From NCBI GenBank assembly GCA_040954595.2, contig CM082578.2, positions 16,848,998-16,912,997 of the forward strand: 64,000 nt of DNA, written 5' to 3'. Position 1 is the stretch's first letter, and every line of letters starts with the position of its first letter. The notes beneath the pieces were generated by a model. The model ran no database searches, was not told the DNA's origin, and saw only the letters and a list, made by a program, of their open reading frames with translations. This DNA comes from Balanoglossus misakiensis (lineage: Eukaryota > Animalia > Hemichordata). The position numbers and the translations under genes are program-made. This document shows, piece after piece, positions 27,131 to 39,000 of this stretch.

Positions 27131-29679
27131 CCCTTTTACCATATTAAAGTTATGATATAATGGTCAACTAAATCACGCCGAACAGCAAGCCCGGCCTTTC
27201 TAATTGTTCTCCACTGAGAAGATATTCCCTTGCTTTTCGAGACGCAGGAATCTTGGCCTCAGTTACACGTACATGTCATCCTTATTCTCACCGGAATCCA
27301 GCATTTCGCGAGAAAAAGCAGGTTTCTGGAACGATCGATGAGACAAGAACGCACAAGGGTGGGAATACCGTTATTGCGGTGCTCACTCGCTCACGGGACT
27401 TGAAGCCTGCCGATCCAACACACAATACGAATTCAATATGTCCAATCAAACCGCGACTTCACAGACAAATATATATGGACGTTTATGCGCACAGAAATAA
27501 ATCCGTATTCCAGTAGTCCACGGCGACGAAAGTCTAGTTTTTTTTGGAGTTAAAGGGTTTTAAAACGTAGCCGCGAAGATGGCTGATATGAACAATGGTT
27601 TAACCCCACTGTAATGAGAGAAGGGTCGCAGCAATTTTTACAAAAGTGCGATGCTGTTGGTTCCGTGCGAGAAAAACGTTACCCACTTGTACTCTGATAG
27701 GCGGATTCCTAAATCGATTGCAACAGCAGAAAATGTCGAGAATGGGACGGTTCATTCATCATCATCATCGTCATCATCTTCTTCTCGGTGAAAAAAAAAC
27801 ACCAGAGCGTCGATACGTCAGTGATGACAAAGCGGATATCGATAAACTGCAAAGGCGGATGTTAGGAGTGTATTGCAACCTCACACGGAGTAATCGCAGT
27901 TGAAAGTGAAGGATTTTTCAAATGGTTCCTGACATGTCGTGCGGCGGAGTGTCGCTTTCTGGTGCGAGGCGCCCTCATGTGATCGTCTGTCAAAATGAGC
28001 CGCGAGAGTTGTGTAGTTTTTCTGCAGTTTGGTTTGGAGTTATCAAGGCAAGCTGTGCAAGTTTATTTACGAGTAAACGGTGAGGTTTAGAAAAATGTAT
28101 GACAAAGCAAATAGAGCTGGGATATATCAGTTTAGGATTCAGCGTGCGCATTACTGTGACACAGTTTTCTTTAATTTTCTTTTATTTCAAATTTGTTTGT
28201 TGGCATCGCCCGGGAGACGCATCTCAAAGCCTGCATTATCAGGAAAAAGCGATTAAATTCCTGTATTTTCCTGTATTGCAAAGATTGATAAACCGGTACC
28301 CACACGAAAACAAAAGAAAATTCACATGATGTGATAGAGGGCCTCCTTGACATTTAAATTGATTTCTCATCCGAGTTTTTTGGCTTATGCAAATTTATAT
28401 AAATATGTGTATAAATTTCTACTTATATTTAGCAATTACTAGTAACTCTATAGTACATACATACCACCCCCCCCCCCCACACACACACACACACAACCCA
28501 GGTCTAATGATCTCACATAAGGACGAGCCATTATCTCTATATCTTAATTTAAGACTTAACACCACTTTCTTTAAATATATTTTTGTGTCTTTATTAAAAT
28601 ATAACTTGATTATAGTAAGATTTTTAGTACATGGCGAAATTGTCAGGTAATTCTATTATACAAGCAAAAGTATGATACAATGAAATATAGAGTTTACATG
28701 TACACCACGCGGTGAAAATAACTGTAACACGGGCATTTTCATTTAACTTCCCTGGAAACATGGGTGGTATTTCAGACGAAACTGATTTGGCATCAAAGAA
28801 AGTCAAGATGGACAGCTGCAAAACATTCATGAGATATCTTGTAAATAAGAACTGTCAATAAAACAAGTGTAAACGGTGCTATGGTATTGTAAATTCAGTT
28901 GTTGAAGTACCCAGTCCATCTACAGACCAGATGGAAAGCTAGAATGTTTCAAGTGAATAGGGTACTGTGAAAATAAGTCACTCATAAGAAAACAGATTGC
29001 CTGCAGAAGTCAAAATATCGTTGACAAGTTCCACAGTTGATGGCACGTATTCTGTAAAACTATAAAAAACACTCCAGATTTCATGGCTGGTTCACCAAAG
29101 GTGACTGACCAGCACCAATATCAACTCAATGATTTCACATTCAGAAGACTGCTACCACCTACGCCTTTTGCATAAATTGCACATCCACACTAGCAAATTA
29201 TGGACTTAGAATAATTTAGTCATGCCTGTCCATTATGCATATCGAAAACTCTTTAAGTATAAAACACTTTCATCTTCTTGCAACAGAACTGACATATCCA
29301 CTCCCTAAGACTAACCATGCGTAGTGGTACATTGATGCACCCATAGTCACCAAGGGATGAGTTGAAAGACTGGAAGGCATAGATGTGGAAAGACCTGCAG
29401 AAACTCAATACTTGGACTGGCTATATTCATCTGATGGGTGTATGCGAGATGAAAAACCCTGGCCAAAATCCACATTGCACATACATGTATATATTACATT
29501 AGAATGTCAAGTTGCATCACAGACCATCGAGAGACGAGTCTAAGGTTGCATACAGTCTGCTGTAAAAAATGACACAGCTTCATTCGGGAGAGGGGATATG
29601 TACAATTTTATAAATAATCAACTGATGGATCGTTTTTTATAGGGAGATGTCCAAAAAAAATAAAACTCTGATCGCTATC

Positions 29680-31098
29680 CTATGAACAGTCCGTGTATGT
29701 GGTCACCATATTGCCAACTCTTTGCGTCACTGTGCGGCAAGTTTTTCCTCCTGAAAACAAAACCATAATATAAAATGTTGACATCAATGATCATAGTTTC
29801 AGCTTAGTACAATGTACCTGACCCCATTTTACATTTTTTCCAGAATTTTTTAAATTAATTTTCCAGTAATTTTAATTCCTCACCTGATCTGTGTGTGTTC
29901 ATCTGTTTATGTACTGTTTTATGTACCTGCAAAAAAAATATATTCATTAGAAAAAACTTTAAATGGGAATTATTATTTTGCATGTTTGAAATTTAACTGG
30001 TTGGCCAACTGACTGACCGATCGACTGTCTGTCTTTCTGGGCTTGATCACTGAGTAAATCGTGCAGATGTGCAAATACCAGGCAGGCAGCAATCATGTAT
30101 AATTCAACAATACACGTAACATACCTTTGCATGAGAATTCTGGTGCTGTTTCGAAGCTCCTCCAAAGTTGAAATGGAATCCATTGCCACCACCTGTATGA
30201 CTTCCAAACAGATCTCCAAACATATCAAAACCAAAGTCATCATTATCGTCCTCGTCCCCCCAGAAGTCATTATCAAATTTAAAATGACTGTCTCCAAAGT
30301 TGAAATTGAAGTGACCATTTCCTCCTGATCGCTTGCTTCCACGCCCATGGTATGTGTTAAAACTTTCATCAAAGCTTTTGAAAAAGTCATTGAAGTTGAA
30401 TTTAAACTCTCCACCACCGCCGCCAGTGCCCCTGTTGGCATGCTCCTCAAATGCCGATGCTCCAAGTTGGTCATACTGTCTGCGTTTGTCAGGATCAGAT
30501 AGTACTTCATATGCTGCCAAGGAAAAGTAGAGACATGCAAATCAATACTTGAGAAGAAACTTAGTGAAGCAGGAGCAAAGTTAAACAGACGTAAACAACC
30601 CCTCCTTCCACCAGTGCCCCTGTGTTTGTACTATCTCTGATTTATAGCAGGTCATATTCTGATCTCAGATGGGAAGACTACAAGTTGTTTATGCCATCTT
30701 AGAAGGTTATAAAAGTTCATCACAGACAAGTAATGTTATGTGCTTGCATAAAATTACAATTGTCTGTAAGTATGACAAAATTCTCTTCATGGTGAAGCAA
30801 ACTTGTTACTGAAATTGACGTTAATAATCATGCTTGTTAGATAGAGGCCACATTCAAGAACAATCCATATGTGTACATTACCTTTGGCTATTTCAACAAA
30901 TTGACTTTCAGCATCAGGGTCTGTGTTTTTGTCAGGGTGGTACTTCACAGCTAATTTCCTGAAAGCTTTCTTGATCTGTCTGTCTGACGCATCTCTTGGA
31001 ACACCCAGAATGTCATAGTAGTCCCTTGTTTTGGAAAGGACCATTTGACAAAGCAGGAAGCTGCAGGCGCAGGCAAAGACTACTGCTTGACATTGCAT
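29680..31098 (-). CDS. DNAJB9: DnaJ homolog subfamily B member 9 (ERdj4), ER-luminal Hsp40; 4 coding exons, ~239 aa
   Basis: Exons 31098-30882 (signal peptide plus J-domain with the HPD motif), 30513-30125 (AYEVLSD..., G/F-rich region), 29926-29884 (43-nt small exon [15 protein letters not shown]) and 29750-29680 ([22 protein letters not shown]). Phases join and the total is 720 nt. The C-terminus matches the characteristic DNAJB9 tail [19 protein letters not shown]. A probable 5'UTR exon has its donor at 31439/31438, with an acceptor at 31113. Confidence 0.93.
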
Positions 31099-31439
31099 AT
31101 TTGAAGACTGTTCCTGTGAACGTGGAGATGTAGACTATGTTATGAATATGAGCGACATGCTACCAACTGGTTTGATCTAACTCCATTATTTTCAATAGCA
31201 ATGCTGGACCTTTATAAAGGGAAATTGGGGTCCAGGGGTTTAATATGAACCCCAAATCGGTCTTTGTACATCAATATGTGCAGATTATCTGTCAAGAGAT
31301 GTTGCTATGCTACGTACATATGTACTGTACGTTGGACACTTCGGTAAAGATAAGTGACAGTAGATGTTCTGACAACTGATCACATAAAAACCAGTGCCCG
31401 TGTGAATGTTTACGCCATCTCGATCAATGTACACTCACC

Positions 31440-31656
31440 TTTCTTGGACAGTACTGAAGACTTCTGATTTCTTTCTGCGCTGCGTAACTTTACCTTCGCA
31501 AACCCGGAACTTCCGTAAATAAACAGCGCTCAGCCACGACTCAAATTTTGATTGGTCGAACTGTTATCCACGTGACTGGGATGACATCATCGTGTTGTCA
31601 AAACCCGAACGGTCTCACGTTTTCACGCTTTATCTCGTCTAGCCCTGTAAACAAAT
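31440..31656. promoter_or_regulatory. Bidirectional promoter and 5'UTRs shared by DNAJB9 and CRBN
   Basis: Only ~220 bp separate the DNAJB9 first-exon donor (31439) from the CRBN ATG (31657). The segment is CpG-rich and holds an ETS-like ccggaacttccg (~31504-31515), a CCAAT box on the minus strand (attgg 31551-31555), CCACGTGA (31568-31575) and a CRE-like gatgacatcatc (31580-31591). Confidence 0.7.
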
Positions 31657-34600
31657 ATGGCTGAAGATCGACTACCATTACTTCTGTACGATGAGCACGA
31701 TGAAGATTCTTCGGATAGTGGTAAATATGGTTATAGTTTTGATATTATTCTATAATATTCACACTATTCTAATTTGAACAGAATGCAAAAAATCGAGAAC
31801 GTAGCGTGCGACTGATAAACACCGTCGTGATACCGTGTGCATACGTGCAGTGTTATTGTAAACATGCTTGTCAGTTACGTCACTGTTCTGCAACTTGCAA
31901 GACGTGTTCATCGTCGCATGCATCAACAGTGCGTTCACGTGTACGTGCTTTGATAGTGCCATTGCTTATTCCATGCCTCCGTGTTCGTCGAGACACTAGC
32001 TTGTCTGTCTTACTAAGATCAGTTTTGGAGTAAACAGTGACTTCGTGAAACAAATAATATCTGTCTTCGGTCGCTGCTATTAAATGACAATGTTATTGTT
32101 ATCATGGTTACATGTTTACAATTACTTTTATAATACATGCATAGAAAGTGAAAATGAGATAGAAATGCGTGTGGACCCAGAACCACCTCCTGTGGAGAAA
32201 CCAGCAGACACCAACTATGACCCAGCCTTGCCAACTGCTCACTCTGTAAGTATTCATCCCTTTCACTCATAGAATGAGACTGTGCCAGGACAGGAAGGAA
32301 AAACATCAACAATGCCCATGAACTTTTCTAGGCCAAAGGTTTTAGCACATTGCACATATGCAAGATTTTAAGAAGTCCGTACCATATACATTTACCTGGT
32401 TGTCTGTGCAGCAGAACTAGTTTTAGTGCTGCAGATATCAAAGTGCATTTCCGACAACCCACTGCTACTGAGAAATGGCGACTGACTTCTACCCTTTATC
32501 CAAAACAGTACCTGGGCACAGATTTAGAAGAATACAGCGGCCGTACTGTCCTGGACGATGACTGTTATATGAGTTTGCCGCTGTTGACATTACCCAGTGT
32601 GGTCCTGATACCTGGCCAGATGCTGCCATTGCATCTATTCCAACCAAGACTGGTATCCATGATGAAGACTGTACTACAAAGTAACAGAACATTCGGCCTT
32701 GTTACATGGAGGTAAGAGGCACAGAATCGGAGTCCTTCCAAGTCAATCTGCTCACTGGTAACTGGAATATTGTTCAAAATTTGTTATTGACATATACACA
32801 TTTGAACATGAGTATTACTGTTTGGAGATATGAAATCATTTCTCAGAAATGAGTCTTTTCAATTGATCAACCACTTTGATGCATTCCATCTTCATAGGTA
32901 TGATGACAATAGTGGTGAGCGTACCCTGGCTACTGTTGGAACCACAGCAGAGATTTTCTCAGTCAAGGAGGAGTCTGAAGCTGGCATTGACACCATGAGA
33001 ATAAAGGCCATGGGACGGCAGCGATTTGAGCTTATTGAAACAAGGCGGCAGGTTGATGGGTATGTCACCTTATTTCTTTGTCATGTCTCTAATTCTGCTG
33101 TGATCCAGACAAAACTGTGTGCGGTATAGTCGAATCTCAGGGCAGAACCGGTAGTTCACAATTACTACATGTTTAGTACAAATATACTACTTTTTAACAA
33201 TTCTTTCTTTTTCCCCCACCCCTTTCCTTGAAGTGTTACCATGGCAAAAGTGAAAATACTGTCTGAAAAAGTTCTACCAGAGTGTCTTGAAGGAGCCAGA
33301 CTTGATTCACAAAATCGATTCAGAATAAAAAGTGTTGTGGCAACAAGAAGGCAGGAAGATCAGGAGAGGAAGAATGGCCAGCCGGATATTGCCTGGATTA
33401 AGCGAACCAGGTTTACACCGGCCAACCTCACGTGGTGGCCTCCCTGGGTCTACCAGCAGTATGATTGTGTGAGTTCCATTTCTTGTCTGTGTTTGCTTTG
33501 ATTGTGAAGTTCATTTTGTCTCCATCAACTCTCATCTGTTTTCCCTCTCGACATTCACTTACAAGATGGGACAAAGAGACTACCGTAAAATGGGAAATTT
33601 TTGCGACAGGATCTACCGAAAATCTGTCAGTTAAACTGTGCCTATCTGTCAATTGCAGGATTTATTGATGTACAAAATACGACAAGAGTTGGCAAGTTGG
33701 TATGAAGGAACACAAACCAATGTATCATCAGTTCCATCGAACCCCACAGGTAAAAATCTTCAAGACATGTATTGTAGTTGGTCAGTGAATTGACCTGCAT
33801 GCGTGAGTCATGTCCACTAAGGATATCAGGGATGTACTTCATTAATTACTTTTTTTGCTATCTTTTTCCCCATAGATTTTTCCTTCTGGGTTGCCAGTAA
33901 TTTACCTTTGAATGACAGGTGGAGGTTACGTTTACTTGAAATAGACTCAGCAGTCCAAAGGCTACGATGCGAATTAGATCTGCTGAAGAAGGTAAGAAAC
34001 AAAGGGTACTTACCCTCTTAAAATGGTAAACCAAACCTCAGCTATGTACATATAATATTATATTGTGACAATGTTTCAGGACAATTCTGATGATGTCAGA
34101 ATTTTTAATCCTACGTAACGTGTATTTATTCTTCAACAGTGCACTGTGTTGTGTTGCAAAGAATGTCATCAACAGATAGCAAAAAAGAGTGATGTTTTCA
34201 GGTGAGTTTTTTTTTTTTTGCGAAATGTTGGAATCAATATGTTATATAAGAATGGTGAGCAGTATATTTCTTTTCACTCTTGTGAACTGATTAGATGCTG
34301 TATTGACTAATTTGTTGGTGTTGCTTGCTTACTTTTGTCTAGTATGTCACTGGATGGTCCAATGGCAGCTTATGTCAACCCAGGTGGTTATGTACATGAG
34401 ACATTGACCTGTTACAGAGCACAGGGTTTGAGTCTTGTTGGTCGAGCATCAACAGAGAACAGCTGGTTTCCAGGGTGGGTACATCATTTCATCACAGACT
34501 CTTCATAATCTGTCCAAACATACCAATAGTTGGAAGTGAAATGACTTGTATTTCAGTGCTTGCATCAAGTTTAACTTCCAAGGAAAGATCTGCCCTTTTT

Positions 34601-34843
34601 TTCAAAAAAAAGTAAATTATCTATCGTGATTTTAAATAGTCAATAATTTTGTTGTCAATCAGATATGCATGGAGGATTATCCAGTGCCGCGGGTGTGCCA
34701 GTCACATGGGCTGGAAGTTCACATCACACGAGAAAAAATTGAAACCAGAGAAGTTCTGGGGGATATGCAGATCCTCCTTGTTCCCAGATTTAGAAGGCAC
34801 CTCAGACTCTGAAGAAGATCTCCACTGGCAGCCTGTCATGTGA
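31657..34843 (+). CDS. CRBN: Cereblon, CRL4 substrate receptor (LON-N domain plus CULT/thalidomide-binding domain); 10 coding exons, ~448 aa
   Basis: Exons 31657-31720, 32145-32245, 32509-32711, 32898-33059, 33234-33468, 33659-33749, 33876-33991, 34140-34201, 34343-34474 and 34663-34843. All are GT-AG, phases are consistent and the total is 1347 nt. Motifs: [62 protein letters not shown], Zn-binding CKEC and [25 protein letters not shown] and HMGWKF. Confidence 0.96.
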
Positions 34844-34877
34844 TCTGTTGCTGACTAAACTCGCAGAAACATAGTGA

Positions 34878-35350
34878 TTGTTAGATCCCTGGATGAAGTG
34901 CCGGGGACTTCAAGGCATGGGCTTTGTCCATCTGTCCCTGATTTGCATGCATGGGCACTTGTGTCCATCTGCAGCCATTACGCAGACATGCCTGGACCAA
35001 TTTCATTCAAAATTGGTTCATGGATAATGTGTTGTGATGTATATATGATGTATATACGAGTATGCACATGTGATCCAATATGGCTGCCAGGTGGCCATTT
35101 TGTCACAATTTTTCCATGTCCCGAGCCACATATTACTCAGACAGTCATGAGCTGTTCCATTCAATCACGGTGCAAGAACAGTGAACTGTGATCAACATAT
35201 GCATGTCAGTTCCTGTCACAGTATGAACCCAATGAGCTGCTTAGTGTTTTGTGATACTGAGTGTATATAACCATGTTGGTTAATACTTTGTTTGCAAACA
35301 TTTTGCTAGCATGCCTTGATTGATTTCACTCCACTATAGTTTCCTCCAAT
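34878..35350 (+). mobile_element. Degenerate HINE/DINE-1-like (Helentron-associated) non-autonomous repeat in the CRBN 3'UTR region
   Basis: It opens with a short imperfect stem (tccctggatgaagtgccggggac), then gtccatctgtcc-type microsatellite remnants and blocks typical of these invertebrate repeats (cagacatgcctggaccaatttcattcaaaattgg; aatatggctgccaggtggccattttg). Recognised by pattern only; boundaries approximate. Confidence 0.45.
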
Positions 35351-36097
35351 GTTTTCTTGAACCATTAAACCAATTGGGACTGTGTAATTGACAATGACTT
35401 GTTCGTGTATGTCATAACGGTGCATATTTTTTAGAAATTTACAGCAGATTAAGTATGGCTAACAGCCTGTGCAATCAAAAAGAAACACTTTTCTTTGGTT
35501 TGTGAAAATTAACTTTTAATGAAAATTTGTGAGGCAGACTTAACTTTTAGTAAGCAGTGTTGTATTCTAGCTACTGGTTGTTGACAGCTCAGAAATGTTT
35601 TTCTTAATAAGTTTGTTTTGTGTCAATCGATCGTCATGTCAACAGTTACCCATAGTTACTTTACCTGTTCTAGTGAACATATATGTGTGCCCCCAGTAGC
35701 TATCAAGTGCTGTAGGAAGGACATTTGTACATACATGTACATGTATGTTCTTAGTTGGAAATCATGTATGTGCAATAGAAAGTTCTATTTTTTCTATTTA
35801 CTTGTACATCACTTTCCTTTCTAATGAAGGGAAAAATACATGTATGAGCTGACTGTTACAGAAATGAACTTGGAATGTAAAGAAATGTACCGGTAACTTT
35901 ACACCAAGGCCTGGATTGCCAAACAAGGGAAAATAGAAACAGAAAGACCACACCGTTAATTGTCTGTAAACCTATATTTTCATGTTTCCACATCCAGTGG
36001 ACTTGACATTAATCCCCCATTAACATAATAAAGACATGTATATTGAAACTTGTAATGAAGCTGCTTTACTTGACTCTAAAAATATTTGCCAGAAAAT

Positions 36098-39000
36098 TCA
36101 AATTTTACTCTGGCCGCTCATGGCTGTGACAATACTGTGCAGGGCATGCAGCTCTGATTTGCAAGCATTGTACATCTCCTCCAGTTTAGTGTCCAGGACA
36201 TCTATCTGTCTCAAGACAGCCGCTGGTGTCACACTGTGATCCTCATCAAATGCATCACCTGGCTGTGATGATGCCGGCTTCACGTGAACAATCTTTGGCG
36301 GGTAGCTGGCATGCTCGCTGGAGGTACTCTCGCGATGCCAGACAGTCTGTGGTACTGTGTGGATTTCCTAGAATAGATGGAATGGGAAAAAACTGACTGC
36401 AAATGACTGCTTTCATCACACATTTGGGAGATTAAACCCATACATAACAGCTAGTGCCCATACGGATGATCCTGACAAATGTCATGAGATTGGTTTCCAT
36501 ATGTTGAGACATAGTGTATTCTTTGTGACACATACCAAATGATACAAAAGTATCTGGTAATATTGTCATACACAAAATATGTGTACTTGTAATTTTGATT
36601 TCTGCCCCGGTATAAAAGATACCAGATGCATACGAGATCTACATGTACGTTCTCATGTTATGTTGTACCATTTTATACAGGTACAGTTTATTTGTTGGGA
36701 ATCCAAACAAAAGAGTACAATTATATTGGCAAAAGAGGGCGCCAATCGAAAACTGAACTGAAACTAACCTCATTTATGTCTTCTTGTGACCTTTCCTCTC
36801 GACTTGCTTTTTGCACCAACAACTCCTCTATTTGTTCAATCTTTCTGGCGACATCTGTCAACAGTATCGCTGTGTTGTCCGACACAAACTCTCGAACCCA
36901 GTGATCCTCTATAGGTGGGTATAAAGCAGAGATATTCCGTGTCAGAAAAGTACTACCACCTAGCACCCTATGCTGGAAACCGATTTGAACAATAAGTTTG
37001 CAACCCATTGTAGTTTATTCCGAACGTGATTAAAAGTTGTGATGACTGCAAATTTCTTACACTAAACGTCAATATTCACTGTTTACCTCTTCCCTTTCGC
37101 ACCGCTCTCCAGTTATACAGGGCGTTGTACAGCTGGTATTTCAGCTGCCGTTCAGTGTCCGGTTGAGTTTTGACCAGGTGTGGTAGAGTTGACATTCGCC
37201 TCGTCTTTATGATATTTACGTGCTGTGTTTTCTTCCCTTGGCGGTACAGTTTCCAGGTTGCTTGAATGCACCGTGCGGCGTAGTCTTTTCTCAACTGCAC
37301 AAATTCTGTCAAGTCAAACAACAAGACATTAAAGGAAAATAATTCGCTCGTGATTATCATCGTCAAACCGACCCCGCCACTGTGATCATGATTATTATGA
37401 TGATGATGATGATGATGATGATGACAACGACGAAGTGTACTGTTTTACATGGCAAACATATTTTAATTGCGCTGGAGCTTAGCCTAGCATAGGCTGCTAT
37501 TAATATGTCTCCATTTTGCTTTAGTCGCCACGGTGATTAAAAAAATTCACAAAACATGATCAGAACACAAAAAAGCCAGCGGCGTGGTAGGTTTCCATAG
37601 CCACCGTGCGTAGCAACAATGCTCCGGAAACGGTATTCGACGGGATGTCAGTCTACTGAATGTTGCGAGGCTATCCGCTGATTTCTGGTGACGTCACGAG
37701 ATGAATCAAAAAGACCTTCTGCAAATATGCATTATAAAATGAGCACTGAAGAAAATATTCCGCGACTCCTCAACAAAACAGGAGTATTGTACACACACGA
37801 TGCCGTGAACGAGATTGAAGGAACGCTGCGCAAGTCTATCCGTATGTTATCATAGAGATGCGAACCATAGAGATACCATTATCTTACCTTGTCTCTCAAC
37901 GTATGCCAATATTCGCTTCTCCTGTTGAGTCAGTGTCAATCCCTCGTGGATGACGCTGATAAGGAGAGCCATCAGAAAGATGCCGAAAATCGACGAAATG
38001 CCGACTAAAGTACGCCCGAGTAAAGAATCGGGGGAGACGTCACCAAAGCCTAGTGTTGTCATGGTAACTACTAACATCCATACCGAGTCCTGTATCGAGG
38101 ATGAAACACCCAGACAGATCATTTCCACTAGAATTAACTGATTATCAGTTCTCAGTGCAGATGACAGACCCTAAAGGTGTCATCCGGTATAGTACGATTG
38201 CCTCAAAGGCAAGTCCTTCGTTTATAGAGAAGGGAGGGTGGATCGATCAAGATCTCAAGGATCGAGATTCGCAATATTGTCTCTGCATGTTGTCGCTTTT
38301 GTATTTATGAGAAAAAACACGCCTATATCACGATGGTTCCAAACCACAGTTATATATTCTTTAAAATAAAGAGTTGCATCAAAACGAAGGAACTACGTTT
38401 CACGTGTATATGGTGAACAAGTGTGCTTCCGTCTGTTCCTAGTAAAACACTCAACTTTGATCATAAATGAAAATACACATACCTGGAATGAGTTGTAGTT
38501 TTTGTCTCTACTTGCGGCCCTATCGAAAGCATATACCGCGTAACCAACGCCAAATATATTCAAGCAGTAGAAGATGAATATCATCACAAAGGGGTGCTTC
38601 AGAAAGTAACTTTTTATCAGAAAACTTGACTGCAGTTCGGTCTGCATGACCGACGCCAAGAAACGAGTTGATTTGCTTTTGGCCATCTCGTTGTGCTCTC
38701 GCATGTATCGGGCAATCAGGTAAAATCTTAGGAAAATCAACAGCTGCATTTCCCCGGGCACGAAAACGTCCAAGAGCGGGGGGACGTGAAAAGCGCAGAC
38801 GAAGAGTTCAACCAGGTAGTAGCCGCGTAGCGGTGACGTTAGAACCGTCGCCGTTTCGGGTAGGTGATGTTTGATGATCAGAAGCCTGCACTGCTTGTAA
38901 TAGTAGCAGTACAGTGCAGCCACCGTCAGCAGTGAATCGATCGAAATTGCCATTTTAAGAACGAAAACTATTATAAGCGACGGCGGCAGTTCAGTCCACT

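Noticed and set aside
29959-30540. 193-aa alternative-frame ORF overlapping DNAJB9
   Set aside because: A shadow frame of the low-complexity G/F/N-rich exon, with no independent support.
31534-31575. Canonical ERSE or ERSE-II element
   Set aside because: The half-sites are present, but spacing and orientation do not match CCAAT-N9-CCACG or ATTGG-N-CCACG. Reported only as ERSE-like.
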